Below are positions 25,561 through 38,833 of a stretch of DNA of 64,000 nucleotides, piece by piece. Position 1 is the stretch's first letter; every line of letters starts with the position of its first letter. The notes under the pieces were generated by a model. That model made no database searches and was not told where the DNA came from. It saw only the letters and a list, made by a program, of their open reading frames with translations. The DNA comes from Malacoraja senta. Taxonomy: Eukaryota. The DNA lies in NCBI GenBank assembly GCA_038087875.1, contig CM075987.1, positions 17,052,001-17,116,000 on the forward strand. Direction: 5' to 3'. A program made the position numbers and the translations under genes.

Positions 25561-26367
25561 TAAAGCTGCTCGGAAGATAGACCGTAGGTGGATTGTCAAA
25601 CATACGTGTATTTCTTGTCCGATCGTTTGCATCTTTTTTAAGCTCAGTAGTTGCAGAGGACTTGTTGAACAAATGAAGGGGTCTGTGCCCGAGCGGCCAC
25701 TCGCAGCCATCAGTCTGCAGTTATTTGCCTGCCTTTTTTGCGATGCATTTGGAGATTTTCACATTGCAAGGCGCATGACAAAGTAGTTTGCAGATGGTAT
25801 ATAAACTGTCCAAGTAGCCTGCGGGGAAATGACCATGGTCAGTGAAGCAAACATAAGGCAAAGAGATTCAGTCCAAAGCATGATGAGATAGATCATGCAT
25901 TTGAGGAAGTGCCACGCAACTAGAGAATCCTTGGCCAATAGCAGGACATTGAGTAACGTGGAGCAACACAACCACACCTGACCTATGTGCACAGATCATC
26001 TACAAAGCAAGTCAGCTCACCATGGAGGTTACAACTCAGACAGGTAGCTCACCATTTTCAGCCAAGGCATGGAACAAAGAGCTTACACTAACACTGCACA
26101 GCAGTTTGTCTGCAACTTGAATAATATGTCACAACACTACAGGAAATATGTTACTGCATATGTGAAGGCAGGTTCTCTGGCTGCTTTCAAGAGAGAGCTA
26201 GATAGCAGAGTCAGGGGATATGGGGAGAAGGCAGGAACGGGGTACTGATTGGGGATGATCAGCCATGATCACATTGAATGGCGGTGCATATGTGATGGTT
26301 CAGAAGAGATTTATGAGAATGTTGCTAGGACTGGAAAATGTTAGCAACGAGGAAACTCCTGAATCTT

Positions 26368-27100
26368 GGACAATAGGTGCAGGAGTAGGCCATTCGGCCC
26401 TTCGAGCCAGCACCGCCATTCAATGTGATCATGGCTGATCATCCCCAATCAATACCCCGTTCCTGCCTTCTCCCCATATCCCCTGACTCTGCTATCTTTA
26501 AGAGCCCTATCTAGCTCTCTCTTGAAAGCAGCCAGATAACCTGCCTTCACCGCCCTCTGAGGCAGAGAATTCCACAGACTCACCACTCTGTGAGAAAAAG
26601 TGTTTCCTCGTCTCCGTTCTAAATGGCCGACCCCTTAGTCTTAAAATGTGGCCCCTGGTTCTGGACTCCCCAACATCGGGAACATGTTTCCTGCCTCTAG
26701 CGTGTCCAAACCCTTAACAATCTTATATGTTTCAATGAGATCCCCACTCTTCCTTCTAAACTCCAGAGTGTACAAGCCCAACCGCTCCATTCTCTCAGCA
26801 TATGACAGTTAACCTTGTAAACCTATGCTGCACTCCCTCAATAGCAAGAATGTCCTTCCTCAAATTAGGGACCAAAACTGCACACAATACTCCAGGTGTG
26901 GTCTCACTAGGGCTCTGTATAACTGCAGAAGGACCTCTCTGCTCCTATACTCGACTCCTCTTGTTATAAAGGCCAACATGCCATTCACTTTCTTCACTGA
27001 CTGCTGTACCTGCATGCTTACTTTCATTGACTAATGAACAAGGACCCCCAGATCCCGTTGTACTTCCCCTTTTCCGAACGACGCCATTTAGATAATATCT
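26368..27100 (-). mobile_element. CR1 3' portion
   Basis: Reverse complement of LVRPHLEYC through the 3' UTR. Confidence 0.88.
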
Positions 27101-27309
27101 TGACTTCTTAACTAAGAAAGGATAATAGTGGCATGAAAAGCAGTCCTGTCGACTTCATGGGATGAGAGGATTGTCTAATCAAGAGAGACTGTACAGGGTA
27201 TTTTGAGTTTAGAAGAATGTTCTTAGGTTTAGGTTTATTATTGTCACATGTACTGAGATACAGATGAAAACCATGTACCTGTCCAAGGATCTTTTAAATG
27301 CTATCATGC

Positions 27310-27715
27310 ATTTAGAAGGATGAGAGGGGATCTTATAGAAACATACAATTCTTAAGGGATTGGACAGGTTAGATGCAGGAAAAACTTTCCTGATGTTGGG
27401 GGAGTCCAGAACCAGGGGTCACGTTTTAAGAATAAGGGGTAGGCCATTTAGGACTGAGATGAGGAAAAACTTTTTCACCCAGAGAGTTGTAAATCTGTGG
27501 AATTCTCTGACACAGAAGGCAGTGGAGGCCAATTCACTGGATGTTTTCAAGAGAGAGTTAGATTTAGCTCTTAGGGCTAACAGAATCAATGGATATGGGG
27601 AAAAAGCAGGAACGGGGTACTGATTTTGGATGATCAGCCATGATCATATTGAATGGCGGTGCTGGCTCGAAGAGCCGAATGGCCTACTCCTGCACTTAGT
27701 GTCTCTGTTTCTATT
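27310..27715 (+). mobile_element. CR1 3' end
   Basis: FFTQRVVNLWNSL...GEKAGTGY*. Confidence 0.88.
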
Positions 27716-29006
27716 GAAGTGCTTGTCTCAACTACCTCCTCTAGCAGCTCATTCCATATAACCACCACCCTCTGAGTAAAAAAGTTGCCCCTCGCCTTAA
27801 ACCCATGTCCTCTGGTTCTTGATTCCCTTACCCTGGATAAAAGACTCTGCATTCACCCTATCTATTCCTCTCATAATTTTTTACACCTCTTTAAGATCAC
27901 CCCTCAGCCTCCTGCACTCATAGGAAGAAACGTCTTAGCCTTATCTTTCTCCCTATAGCTCAGCGCCTCTAGTTCTGGCAACATCCTTGTAAATCTTCTC
28001 TGCACCTTCTAGCTTAACGACATCCTTAACGACATAGGGCGACCAAACCTGAACGCAATTCTCCAGACACGGCCTCACCAACGACTTGTACAACTGGATC
28101 ATAACATTTATACTCAATATCCTGACTGATGAAGGCCAATGTGCCGAAAGCCTTCTTTACTTCCTCTCTACCCGTGAAGCCACTTTCAGAGAACTATGTC
28201 CCTGCACTCCTAGATCCCTCTTTTCTACAACACTCCCTCGGGCACCTGCCATTCACTGTGTAGATCCTGTCCTAGTTTGATTCCAAAATGCAACACCTCG
28301 CACTTATCTGCATTAACCTCCATTAGCCATTCCCTAGTCCACTTTGCCTGCTGATCAAGATCTTGTTGTAATTTTTGATAACCACCTTCAGTCCACAATA
28401 CCACCTACGTTAATGTCATCTGCAAATTTACTAATCATACCTTGTACATTCTTATCCAACCCATTATTATAAATCACAAATTGCAGTGTCCAGCATCAAT
28501 CCTTCAGGCCCACTACTAATCACAGCCCTCCATTTGAAAAATAACCTTCTATCACCACCCTTTTCTTCCTTCCATGAAGGCAATTCCGTATCCAGTTAGC
28601 GATCTCTCCCTGGATCCCATACGATCTAACCTTCCAGAGCAATCTTATCAAAGACCTTGCTGGTCCATATAGACAACGTTTAAAGCCTTGCCGTTGTAAA
28701 CATTCTTGGTTACTTAAAAACTCAACTTACAGGGAGAGGTTGGATACTTTGATAAAGTCCCCCATGATAGTCTGCTGGGTTTGGAGGTATTACAGGGATT
28801 GGAGGTATTAATTACAGGGTGAGATTGGACAGACTTGGATTGTTTTCTGTGGAACGTCAGAAGTTCTGTGGAGACCACATATTATGAGAGGCGTTGATAG
28901 GTGGAACCTTTTTCCAAGGATGGAAAAATCAAATGCGGTAACAGTCAAGACTGAATAATGAAATGAGTTGGAACTGTGTCTGGCTATGCAGTCATTGGTA
29001 TAGAGT

Positions 29007-29403
29007 GAGTAGACCGGGGGGGCTGAGCACCCTACCTTGAGGTGCTCCTGTGAATAGACCAGGGGGCTGAGCACCCTACCTTGAGGTGCTCCTGTGAATA
29101 GACCAGGGGGTTGAGCATCCTACCTTGAGGTGCTCCTGTGAATAGACCAGGGGGCTGAGCATCCTACCTTGAGGTGCTCCTGTGAATAGACCAGGGGGCT
29201 GAGCACCCTACCTTGAGGTGCTCCTGTGAGTAGACCAGGGGGCTGAGCACCCTACCTTGAGGTGCTCCTGTGAATAGACCAGGGGGCTGAGCATCCTACC
29301 TTGAGGTGCTCCTGTGAGTAGACCAGGGGGCGGAGCACCCTACCTTGAGGTGCTCCTGTGAATAGACCAGGGGGCTGAGCATCCTACCTTGAGGTGCTCC
29401 TGT
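29007..29403. repeat. 44-bp minisatellite, ~9 copies, derived from Rex1 RT
   Basis: Unit GAATAGACCAGGGGGCTGAGCACCCTACCTTGAGGTGCTCCTGT; reverse complement encodes TGAPQGRVLSPLVYS. Confidence 0.95.
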
Positions 29404-30349
29404 GCTCTGTTGATGAGGAAGTCGAGGATCCCGTTGGAAAGGGATGCGCAGAGATGACTGAGCATGTGTTTACCGTTTACACAATGCTGTTGAACACCGA
29501 TGAACAAAGCGGAACGTATGTGTCAGCAGGGCAAAGTGTAAAGGAGATGTGTGGTGTACATTTATTACACGGAGCCTGGCAGCTTCCCGGCACTCGCTGC
29601 CAGGGATGGTGGTTGAGGCAGATAACGATAGTGGCATTTTAGAGATTTTTAGATAGGCATATTGATATGCAGGGAGAGGAAGGGTCGGGATAATGTGCGT
29701 GTAAATAAGTGATGGTCATGGCATCATGTTCAGCACAGACATTGGCGGCCTGTAAGAGAGGCAAGTTTTTTTACAGAGTGTTGTGTGTGCCTGGATCACA
29801 CTGTCGGGAGAAGTGGTAGATTCATTCCTACATTTAAGAGGCTTTAGGAGAAGCACACGGGCATGCAGGGAATGGCAAATATGGATTGAGAAATTTGAGA
29901 GCAATCTGAAGGGTGCGTTTTTTCCACAGCTGGAACATTGAATAATGCAACACAAGAACTGGTCTTTCAACCCACCTTGACTGCATTGGTCATAATGCCA
30001 AACTAACTAATCACATTAAGTTGCAAAAGGTGCAGAAGAGATTCTCCAGGATGTTACATTGTTTTGTGGGCTTGAGATATGATGAGGATGGATAAAGGTG
30101 GTGAATTTGTGAAATTCATGGCCACAGACAGCTGTGGAGGCCAACGCATTGGGTGTGTTTAAGACGGAGATTGATGGGTTCTTGATCAGGAAACGTGTCA
30201 AAGGTTACAGGGGGAAGGCAGGAAAATGGGGTTGGTATTGAGGTGTTCTGAGTGGGGCGTTTTTTCTTTGAACGATTGGAGTCTGAGGGGTGACCTTATT
30301 GTGGTGTACCCATGAGGGAAGCATAGCAGTAGCTCACAAATTGGAAGGA

Positions 30350-31666
30350 AACATAGCAACATAGAAAATAGGTGCAGGAGTAGGCCATTCGGCCCTTCGA
30401 GCCTGCACTGCCATTCAATATGATCATGGCTGATCATCGAACTCAGTATCCTGTACCTGCTTTCTCTCCATACCCACTGATCCCTTTAGCCACAAGGGCC
30501 ACATCTAACTCCCTCATAAATATAGCCAATGAACTGGCCTCAACTACATTCTGTGGCAGAGAATTCCAGAGATTCACCACTCTCTGTGTAAAAAATGTTT
30601 TTCTCATCTCAGTCCTAAAAGATTTCCCCTTTATCCTTAAACTGTGACCCCTTGTTCTGGACTTCCCCAACATCGGGAACAATCTTCCTGCATCTAGCCA
30701 GCCCAACCCCTTAAGAATTTTGTAAGTTTCTATAAGATCCCCCCTCAATCCTCTAAATTCTAGCGAGTACAAGCCGAGTCCATCCAGTCTTTCTTCATAT
30801 GAAAGTCCTGACATCCCAGGAATCAGTCTGGTGAACCTTCTCTGCACTCCCTCTATGGCAAGAATGTCCTTCCTCAGATTAGGAGACCAAAACTGTACGC
30901 AATACTCCAGGTGTGGTCTCACCAAGACCCTGTACAACTGCAGTAGAACCTCCCTGCTCCTATACTCAAATCCTTTTGCTATGAATGCTAACATACCATT
31001 CGCTTTCTTCACTGCCTGCTGCACCTGCATGCCTACTTTCAATGACTGGTGTACCATGACACCCAGGTCTCGTTGCATCTCCCCTTTTCCTAATCGGCCA
31101 CCATTCAGGTAATAGTCTACTTCCCTGTTTTTGCCACCAAAGTGGATAACCTCACATTTATCCACATTATACTGCATCTACCAAGCATTTGCCCACTCAC
31201 CCAGCCTATCCAAGTCATCTTGCAGCCTCCTAGCACCCTCCTCACAGCTAACACTGCCCCCCAGCTTCGTGTCATCCGCAAACTTGGAGATGTTGCATTC
31301 AATTCCCTCGTCCAAATCATTAATATATATTGTAAATAGCTGGGGTGTCTCAGCACTGAGCCTTGCGGTACCCCACTAGTCACTGCCTGCCATTCTGAAA
31401 AGGACCCGTTAACTCCTACTCTTTGCTTCCTGTCTGCCAGCCAGTTCTCTATCCACATCAATACTGAACCCCCAATACCGTGTGCTTTAAGTTTGTATAC
31501 TAGTCTCTTATGTGGGACCTTGTCGAAAGCCTTCTGAAAGTCCAGATATAACACATCCACTGGTTCTCCCTTATCCACTCTACTAGTTACATCCTCAAAA
31601 AATTCTATAAGATTCGTCAGACATGATTTACCTTTCATAAATCCATGCTCACTTTGTCCAATGATT
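30350..31666 (-). mobile_element. Young CR1, RT to 3' tail
   Basis: ORFs 31117-31707 and 30443-31177 carry RT motifs. Confidence 0.93.
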
Positions 31667-31969
31667 TGGAGTGATGGGAAGGTAGAGGTTAGGGTCAGTA
31701 GACTCAAATTAAGTCAATAGACTGCACCGCCATTCAATGTGATCATGGCTGAACATCCCCAATCAGTACCCCGTTCCTGCCTTCTCCCCATATCCCCTGA
31801 CTCTGCTATTTTAAGAGCCCTATCTAGCTCTCTCTTGAAAGCATCCAGAGAACCTGCCTCTGAGGCAGAGAATTCCACAGACTCACGACTCTCTGTGAGA
31901 AAAAGTGTTTCCTCGTCTCCGTGAAATGAAAGACAGGCAAGGAGGGGTGAAGGAATATGGTGACACTGA

Positions 31970-33960
31970 TAGGCTGAAGTGTGTTGTGTTCAATGCAAGG
32001 AGTATTGTGTTGAGCAGTTGAGCTTGGAGCCTGGATCAGTGTTTGGGACTATGATGTTGTGGCCATTGGGAAACATGGTTGTGAGATGGACAAGAGTGCA
32101 GCTGAATGTTGTGGAGTTTCCATGTTTCACACGTGATGGAGAGCGAGGTAAAGAGGTGGAGGAGTTACATTACTGATCATGGAGACTATCACGGCGGCAC
32201 TCAGAGAGGACATACTGGATGGTTCATCCACTGAGGTGGTGTGGCTGCAGTTTAGAAACAAGAAAGGTGAGAGCACTCTAATGGGATTGTACTATAAGCC
32301 CAGGGAACTTGGGCAGTCAATGGAGTCAGTGTTATGGTCGAGGGGTTGCTGAAGGTCCTAACATGTATAAATCTAGACAAATATCCCGGAGCTGATCAGA
32401 TCTATCCGAGGACTCTGTGGGAATCTAGAGAGGATAGTGCTGCGGTAAAGTTTTTGCCTCACAGCGCCAGAGACCTGGGTTCGATACTGACAACGGGTGC
32501 TGTCTGTGAGTTAATTGGCTTTGGTAAAATTGTAAACTTGTCCCCAGTGTGTAGGATAGTGCTAGTGTACGGGGATTGCTGGTCGGCACGGACTCGCTGA
32601 GCCAAAGGGCCTGTTTCCACACTGTATCTCTAAACTAAACTAAATTGCAGGTGCCCTGGCTGAGATTTATGTCATTAAATACGGGTGAGGTGCCAGAAGA
32701 CTGGAGGGTGGCAAAGGTTGTACCTCTAATGTAAGAAGAGTTGCAGGGAAAAGCCTGGGAGCTACAGGCCAATGAGAAAGTACTATAGAGTATTCTGAGG
32801 ATAAGATATACATGCATTTAGATGGACAGGGGCTGATTAGGGATAGTCAGCATGGTATTGTACATAGGAGATTGCGTCTCATGAATCTGATTGTTTTTTG
32901 GAAGATGTAACCAAAACGGTTGAAGAGGGCAGAGCTGTAGACATTGTGTATATGGATTTCAGCAAAGCATTTGACTAGGTTCCGCAGGTTCGGCTGCTCT
33001 AGAAGGTCAGATCCCATGGCATTCAAGAGGAGCTTGGGATAGAAAATTGGCTTCATGGAAGGAAGCAGAGGGTGATGGAAGGTTGCTTCTCGGACTGGAG
33101 GCCTGTGACTAGTGGTGTGCTTCTGGGTTTGGTGCTGGGCCCATTGCTGTTTGTCATCTATATCAATGATTTGCATGAAAACGTTCAAGGCATGATTAGC
33201 AAGTTTACAGATGCCACTAGAGTGGGTGGTATTGTGGATAGTGGAGATGGTTGTCAAAAATTGCAGTAGGATCTTGATCAGTTAGGCAAGGGGCTGAGTA
33301 ATAGTTGATGGAATTTAATACAGAGAAATGTGAGGTGTTGCATTTTGGTAAGTCTAACCTGGGCAGGAGCTACACAGTGAATGGTAGGGCTCTGGGGAGT
33401 GTTGGAGAGCAGAGAGATCTAGAAGTACAGGTACATAGTTCCATGAAAGTGGCATCACAGGTAGATAAGGTGGTCAAAAAGGCTTTCAGCACATTGGCCT
33501 TCATCAGTCAGTGTATTGAGTATAGAAGTGTGGAGGTCATGTTACAATTGGACAAGACATAGGTGAGGCCATATTTTACAATATTGTGTTCAGTTTTATG
33601 CACCCTTTTATAGAAAATATGTTATTAAGCGTGCAGAGAAGATTAACGAGGATGTTGCCAGGAGTCGAGGACCTGATCTACAGAGCGAGGTTGAGAAGGC
33701 TAGGACATTATTCCTTGGAGTGCAGGAGAATAATGGGTGATCTTATAGAAGTGTATAAGATCCTGAGAGGAATAGATAGGGTAGACGCACAGAGTCTTTT
33801 ACCCAGAGTAGAGGAATCCCAAACCAGGGGATGTAGGTTTAAGGTGAGTGGGAAAAGATTGAATAGGAAACTGAGGGGCAGTAGGTATATAGAATAAGCT
33901 GCCACAGAAGATAGTTGAGGCAGGTACTTTCACAACATTTAAAAACCTTTGGACAGGTAC
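31970..33960 (+). mobile_element. Older degenerate CR1 (APE remnants and RT) with a SINE at ~32436-32645
   Basis: VFNARSI remnant, VTSGVLLGLVLGPLLFVIYINDL, EFNTEKCEVLHFG; SINE B box GGTTCGATAC. Confidence 0.8.
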
Positions 33961-33977
33961 GTAGGAAAGGTTTTGGA

Positions 33978-34429
33978 CAGGGGTCAGCAACCTACGGCCC
34001 CCGGGCCGAATGCGGCCCGTAACCCAAATCATTGGCAGGCGGATTTTTTTTCCTGTAATCATCCGGCCCGCCGAGCGCCCCGCAGCAGCGGGCCGAGCTC
34101 TGGCTGTGCCGTATCCTGCGCAAAGCCGCCGGCACAGCCGCGCACTTTCTGTGAACACGTTTAAGAAAGAACTGCAGATACTGGAAAAATCGAAGGTAGA
34201 CAAAAATGCTGGAGAAACTCATCGGGTGAGACATGCAAGGATTGCATGAGGCTGCCTCACCCGCTGAGTTTCTCCAGCATTTTTGTCTACCTGTGAACAC
34301 GTGATTTGATGTCTGCCATCCAGGGCGGGATGGGGGCGGGACCCATGTGTACACGTGATAGATGAGGCCCGCCATCCACTCACAGACATACGTCCCGGCT
34401 CCAATGCAGAACAAGGTTGCCGACCCCTG
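33978..34429. mobile_element. Non-autonomous hAT element with nested Penelope-derived fold-back (34161-34290)
   Basis: TIRs CAGGGGTCAGCAACCT / AGGTTGCCGACCCCTG; degenerate 8-bp TSD GTTTTGGA/CTTTAGGA; nested insert flanked by CTGTGAACACGT. Confidence 0.85.
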
Positions 34430-35839
34430 CTTTAGGATATGGGCCAAACGCAGGTAGATGGGACTAGTGTCGAGGAGTTGCAGACAGCTGAGGAAAGCTA
34501 TCAGAACATACAGCGGGATATAGAGCAGCTGCAGAAATTGCAGGTGGAGTTTAACCAGCAAGTGTGAGGTGTTACACTTATGGAATACAAGGGGAGAGAG
34601 TATGCAGTTGATGGCAAGATCCTTAATAGCATTGATATGCAGAGGGATCTGGGAGTCCAAGTTCATAGCTCACTGAAGGTAGCAATCCAAGTACATATGA
34701 TGGTTAAGAAGGCATGTGGTATGCTTGCCTTCATTGCTGGGGGCATTGAATATAGGAGTTCCTTCTTCTTGTCGAGTCCACACACAAGATTAGAAGTTGT
34801 TCAGCTAGAGCTGAATACACTTCTCGGCATCTGCATACAATAGTGTCTGTCTTGTCGCTTCTTGTGCGTGGTGGTGGAAAGATTGGTGGAAACGGTCGCG
34901 ACGTGAATGCTCTTTCATTGACCCCAAATTATAAGTCATGAAGTGCTGTATAAGACTTGGGTCGTATTTGGAGTGTTGTGTGCAAGTCTGGTCGCCCCAT
35001 TGTGGGAAAGATGTGGAGGCTTTGGAGAGGGTGGAGGAGGTTTACTTGAATGAATGAATGAATACTTTATTGTCATTATAACATGTAAACACGTATAACG
35101 AAATTAGAAATGCCAACCAGTCAGTGCACAAATTTTCTTAGCGCAAAAGTCTAAGATAAACAACTAAAATAAATAACATGAAAAAAACACATTCTTCTGT
35201 CGATTTCCCAGTCCCTTTGGTGTGTAGCGCACCTGTACTCATTTGGTGGCTACATTAAGTGTATTTATTGCTGTGGGAATGTTACTGGGATTAGAGGGTT
35301 ACAGCTACAGGAGAAGTTGAATAGACTTGGATTGTTTTCTCTACAACATCAGAGGTTGAGGGAGATGATAGAAGTGTATAAAATGATGCGGGGCGTAGAT
35401 AGTGTAGGCAGTCAGAACCTTTTCCCCAGGGTGGAAAAGTTCAAAACTAGAGCCATAGCTATAAGGTAAGAGGGGAAAGGTTTAATGGAGATGTGCCGGG
35501 GAAATGTTTTACACAGAGAGTGGTGGGTGCCTGGAACGCACAGCCAAGGCTGGTGGTGGAGGCAGATATGATAGTGGCGTTTAAGAGGCTTTTAGATAGG
35601 CACAAGTTAGTGTGTGGAATATTTGGATCATGTGGTGTCAGATAATACCTGTTCAGCTAGACATCATGTTGGGCACATAGTGGGCTGAAAGGCCCGTTCC
35701 TCAGCTCCACAGTTGTTCTATGCTCCATGGGCTTGAACATAAAGGGTCCCAGATGGAATATGGATCACTAAACCAGTTTGCTGATAAGGGATTGTATTGG
35801 TGAGGGCAGACTTTGTCCTTTATTACATGTATTCAGTGG

Positions 35840-36105
35840 CTCCCTTCGGCTCACCAAGTCCACACTGACCAGTGTTCCCTGCACACTAACACTATCCTAC
35901 ACACACTAGGGACAATTTACAATTTTACCAAGCAAATTAACCTACAAATCTGTACATCTTTGGAATATGGGAGGAAACTGGAGTACCCGGAGAAAACCCA
36001 CGCAGGTCACGGGAAGAACGTACAAACTCCACACAGTCAGCAGCCATAGTCAGGATGGAACCCGGGTCTCTGGCGCTGTGAGGCAGCAACTCTACCGCTC
36101 CGCTA
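35840..36105 (-). mobile_element. tRNA-derived SINE (HE1/V-SINE-like)
   Basis: Same family as 1950-2221; similar copies at ~45715-45860 (-) and ~46028-46255 (+). Confidence 0.8.
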
Positions 36106-36842
36106 CCTTGTGATAACAGCTGGGAAGAGACTGTTCCTGAATTTGGAGCTATACATTTTTTCCTCTTGCCTGATGGGACAGGGGAGAAGAGGGAGTCCGG
36201 GATTATGCTGCTGGCCTTGCTGTGAGCATGAGATATAAATGGCGTCAATGGAAGGAAGGTTGGTTTGTGTGATGGTCTGGGCTGTGTCCACAATTCTCTG
36301 CAATTTCTTGAAGTCTTGGATGGAGCTGTTCCCAATCCATGCTGTGATGCATCCTGATAAAGCACATCTGTAGCAGTTGGTGAAAGTCATTAAGGACATG
36401 CCAAACTTCCTAAGCCCAATAAGGAAGTAGAGGCGTTGGTATGCTTTCTTGGTCATTGCTTCAAGATGATGTCCCATACAAGTTGCTGGTGATATTTACT
36501 CCTAGAAACTCAAAGCTTTCAACCATCTCTACTTCAATTAGTCACATATTGTGAGCCATGGGGCCTGCTCCTCTGCTCCACTTCTCTGCATTCCACGTCT
36601 ACCTGATCTTCACCTTTCATCATTTTATATATTTCTATCAGATCGCCCCTTGGCCCCTCAGCCTCCCCTGCAGAGAAATCAGTCCAAGTTTGTCCATCCT
36701 CCTCATAGCTCATACCCTCCAGGTGAACCTCTTCTGCAGTCTCTCAAAAGCCTCCACATCATATAGTGTGGTTACCAGAACTGCACTCAATACCTTAAAT
36801 ATGACCAAACTAAAATGTGATACAGCTGTACCATGAGTTGCC

Positions 36843-37503
36843 AAATGCTTTAGAGCACATGGTATTGGGGGTAGGGTGTTGACATGGATAGAAAATTGGT
36901 TGGCAGACTGGAAGCAAAGAGTAGGAGTGAACGGGTCCTTTTCAGAATGGCAGGCAGTGGCAAGTGAAGTGCCGCAAGGCTCGGTATTGGGGCCGTAACT
37001 GTTTACCATATATATTAATGATTTGGAAGAGGGAATTAGGAGCAACACTAGCAAGTTTGCAGATGACACAAAGCTGGGTGGCAGTGTGAACTGTGAAGAG
37101 GATGTTAGGAGGTTGCAGGGTGACCTGGACAGGTTGAGTGAGTGGGCAGATGCGTGGCAGATGCAGTATAATATAGATAAATGTGAGGTTATCCACTTTG
37201 GCGGCAAAAACAAGGGGGCAGATTATTATCATGGTCATTTAAGACTGTGAGAAAAAACTTTTTCACCCAGAGAGTTGTGAATTTGTGGAATTCCCTGCCA
37301 CAGAGGGCAGTGGAGGCCAAGTCACTAGATGGATTTAAGAGCGAGTTAGATAGAGCTCTAGGGGCTAGTGGAATCAAGGGATATGGGGAGAAGGCAGGCA
37401 TGGGTTATTGATAGGGGACAATCAGTCATGATCACAATGAATGGCGTTGCTGGCTCGAAGGGCTGAATGGCCTCCTCCTGCACCTATTTTCTATGTTTCT
37501 ATG
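36843..37503 (+). mobile_element. CR1 with internal deletion
   Basis: SKFADDTKLGG segment joined directly to the FFTQRVVNLWN 3' end. Confidence 0.85.
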
Positions 37504-38043
37504 CTTTACTCAATGCCCATAATGATGAAGGCAAGCAGGTTGGATGGCTTCTTAACAAACCTACACATTTGTGTTGCCACGTTGTTATAGACTTACAGTA
37601 GATGTGCTGGGCAAGTTATTTTGTACTGAAAGTGTGGCAGGTGCATGGAACGCCTGGCAAATTCCTCCTTATCACTCTATGTCTACTTGTGTTGCCTCAT
37701 TTAGGGGGCTATGGGTTTGCACCCCAAGATCCTCTGTACATCAATGGTCCTAAGGGTCCTGTCCTCTTACATATAGTTAGATACTTGATAGTCTGCATGG
37801 GCATGTGGATATTTTTCCCAGACATCAAGTGAATCTGTTGTCCATGGCGAATGCTGAAGGGCCAGTTTGTAAGCTGCACAACTCCAGCTGTGAAGAGATC
37901 AGCATTTTCATTTGACTTTATGTTTATTTTTTTAATTTAGTTTCTAAGAGATCCTAATATTCCATGTAATCTGTTTGAAGAATTGGCAGTTTGAATTGAT
38001 GAAAGGTTTGAAATATCTTCTTTCCCCCCCCCCAGAGTAAAGC

Positions 38044-38403
38044 ATGGCTCGGCAGAGGCTGAAGAAAGAAAGGTTGCTCGATTCAAAAGTGGATGGGAAA
38101 AATGGAAAGAATGCAGGAATTCACAAGAAGGTGCCACCTAAAGAAAAGAAGAAGAAGTCAATTTGGGGAACTTTTTCATCAACATTGCAATTGTCTTGTG
38201 TACTGTGAGCTGCGTCTGGTTTTGCTATGCTATTTACATGAGATCCTGGTTTGCGAACAGAATCATAACACCTCACCCTTCGTTAAGGATATTGAACAGC
38301 AACAGCTCCAATCATGCCTTGTCACCAGAAAAATACTGGGGATCGTACCGCCCGCAGGTCTACTTTGGAATGAAAACACGGAGTCAGAAATCAATTGTAA
38401 CAG
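38044..38403 (+). CDS. MOGS: Mannosyl-oligosaccharide glucosidase, first coding exon (exon 38036-38403), apparent 1-nt frameshift
   Basis: MARQRLKK basic N-terminus, type II TM helix, YWGSYRPQVYFGMKTRS (human FWGTYRPHVYFGMKTRS, from memory); acceptor at 38034-35, donor GTAAAG at 38404. Confidence 0.92.
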
Positions 38404-38732
38404 GTAAAGTTAATCTGTTGTCGGTGGCAAATGCTTTTTCCATTCCTGTGTTTGCAAATGACTCTTTCATTTTGCTAAGTGTAATTTATCACTGGCATTT
38501 ACATGATGTACTGAAACATCAGATTTATTGGTGCAAAAACTTTTATAGATTTTTCATAACATAACTTTTATTCAGTTCTCAAAAACCAATAAATTTTTTT
38601 TCTGCAAAATTGTTGCTTGTTTTGGGGGAAATTCTGAATTGAGGAAAAGCTGGGCATGTTTAACTAACCTGCTGGGAGTTTTAAAAAGTCAGGCGGGTGC
38701 GAGAGCAATTATAATTGCAAGGAAAGAATTTT

Positions 38733-38833
38733 AACGGGTCTGAAGAAAGGTCTCAACCAGAAATGTCACCCATTCCTTCTCTCCAGAGATGCTGCCTGTC
38801 CCGCTGAGTTACTCCAGCATTTTGTGTCTACCT
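38733..38833 (+). mobile_element. Penelope-like terminal repeat with type I hammerhead-like motif
   Basis: GGGT-CTGAAGA-stem-GAAA-TGTC-ACCC; flanked by 16-bp direct repeats at 38705 and 38834. Confidence 0.7.

Noticed and set aside
25560..26150. Possible retrocopy CDS after the GC-rich segment
   Set aside because: Frames I read were interrupted by stops with no recognisable protein
29007..29403. CRISPR-like palindromic repeats
   Set aside because: Units are contiguous with no unique spacers, derive from a LINE, and there are no cas genes
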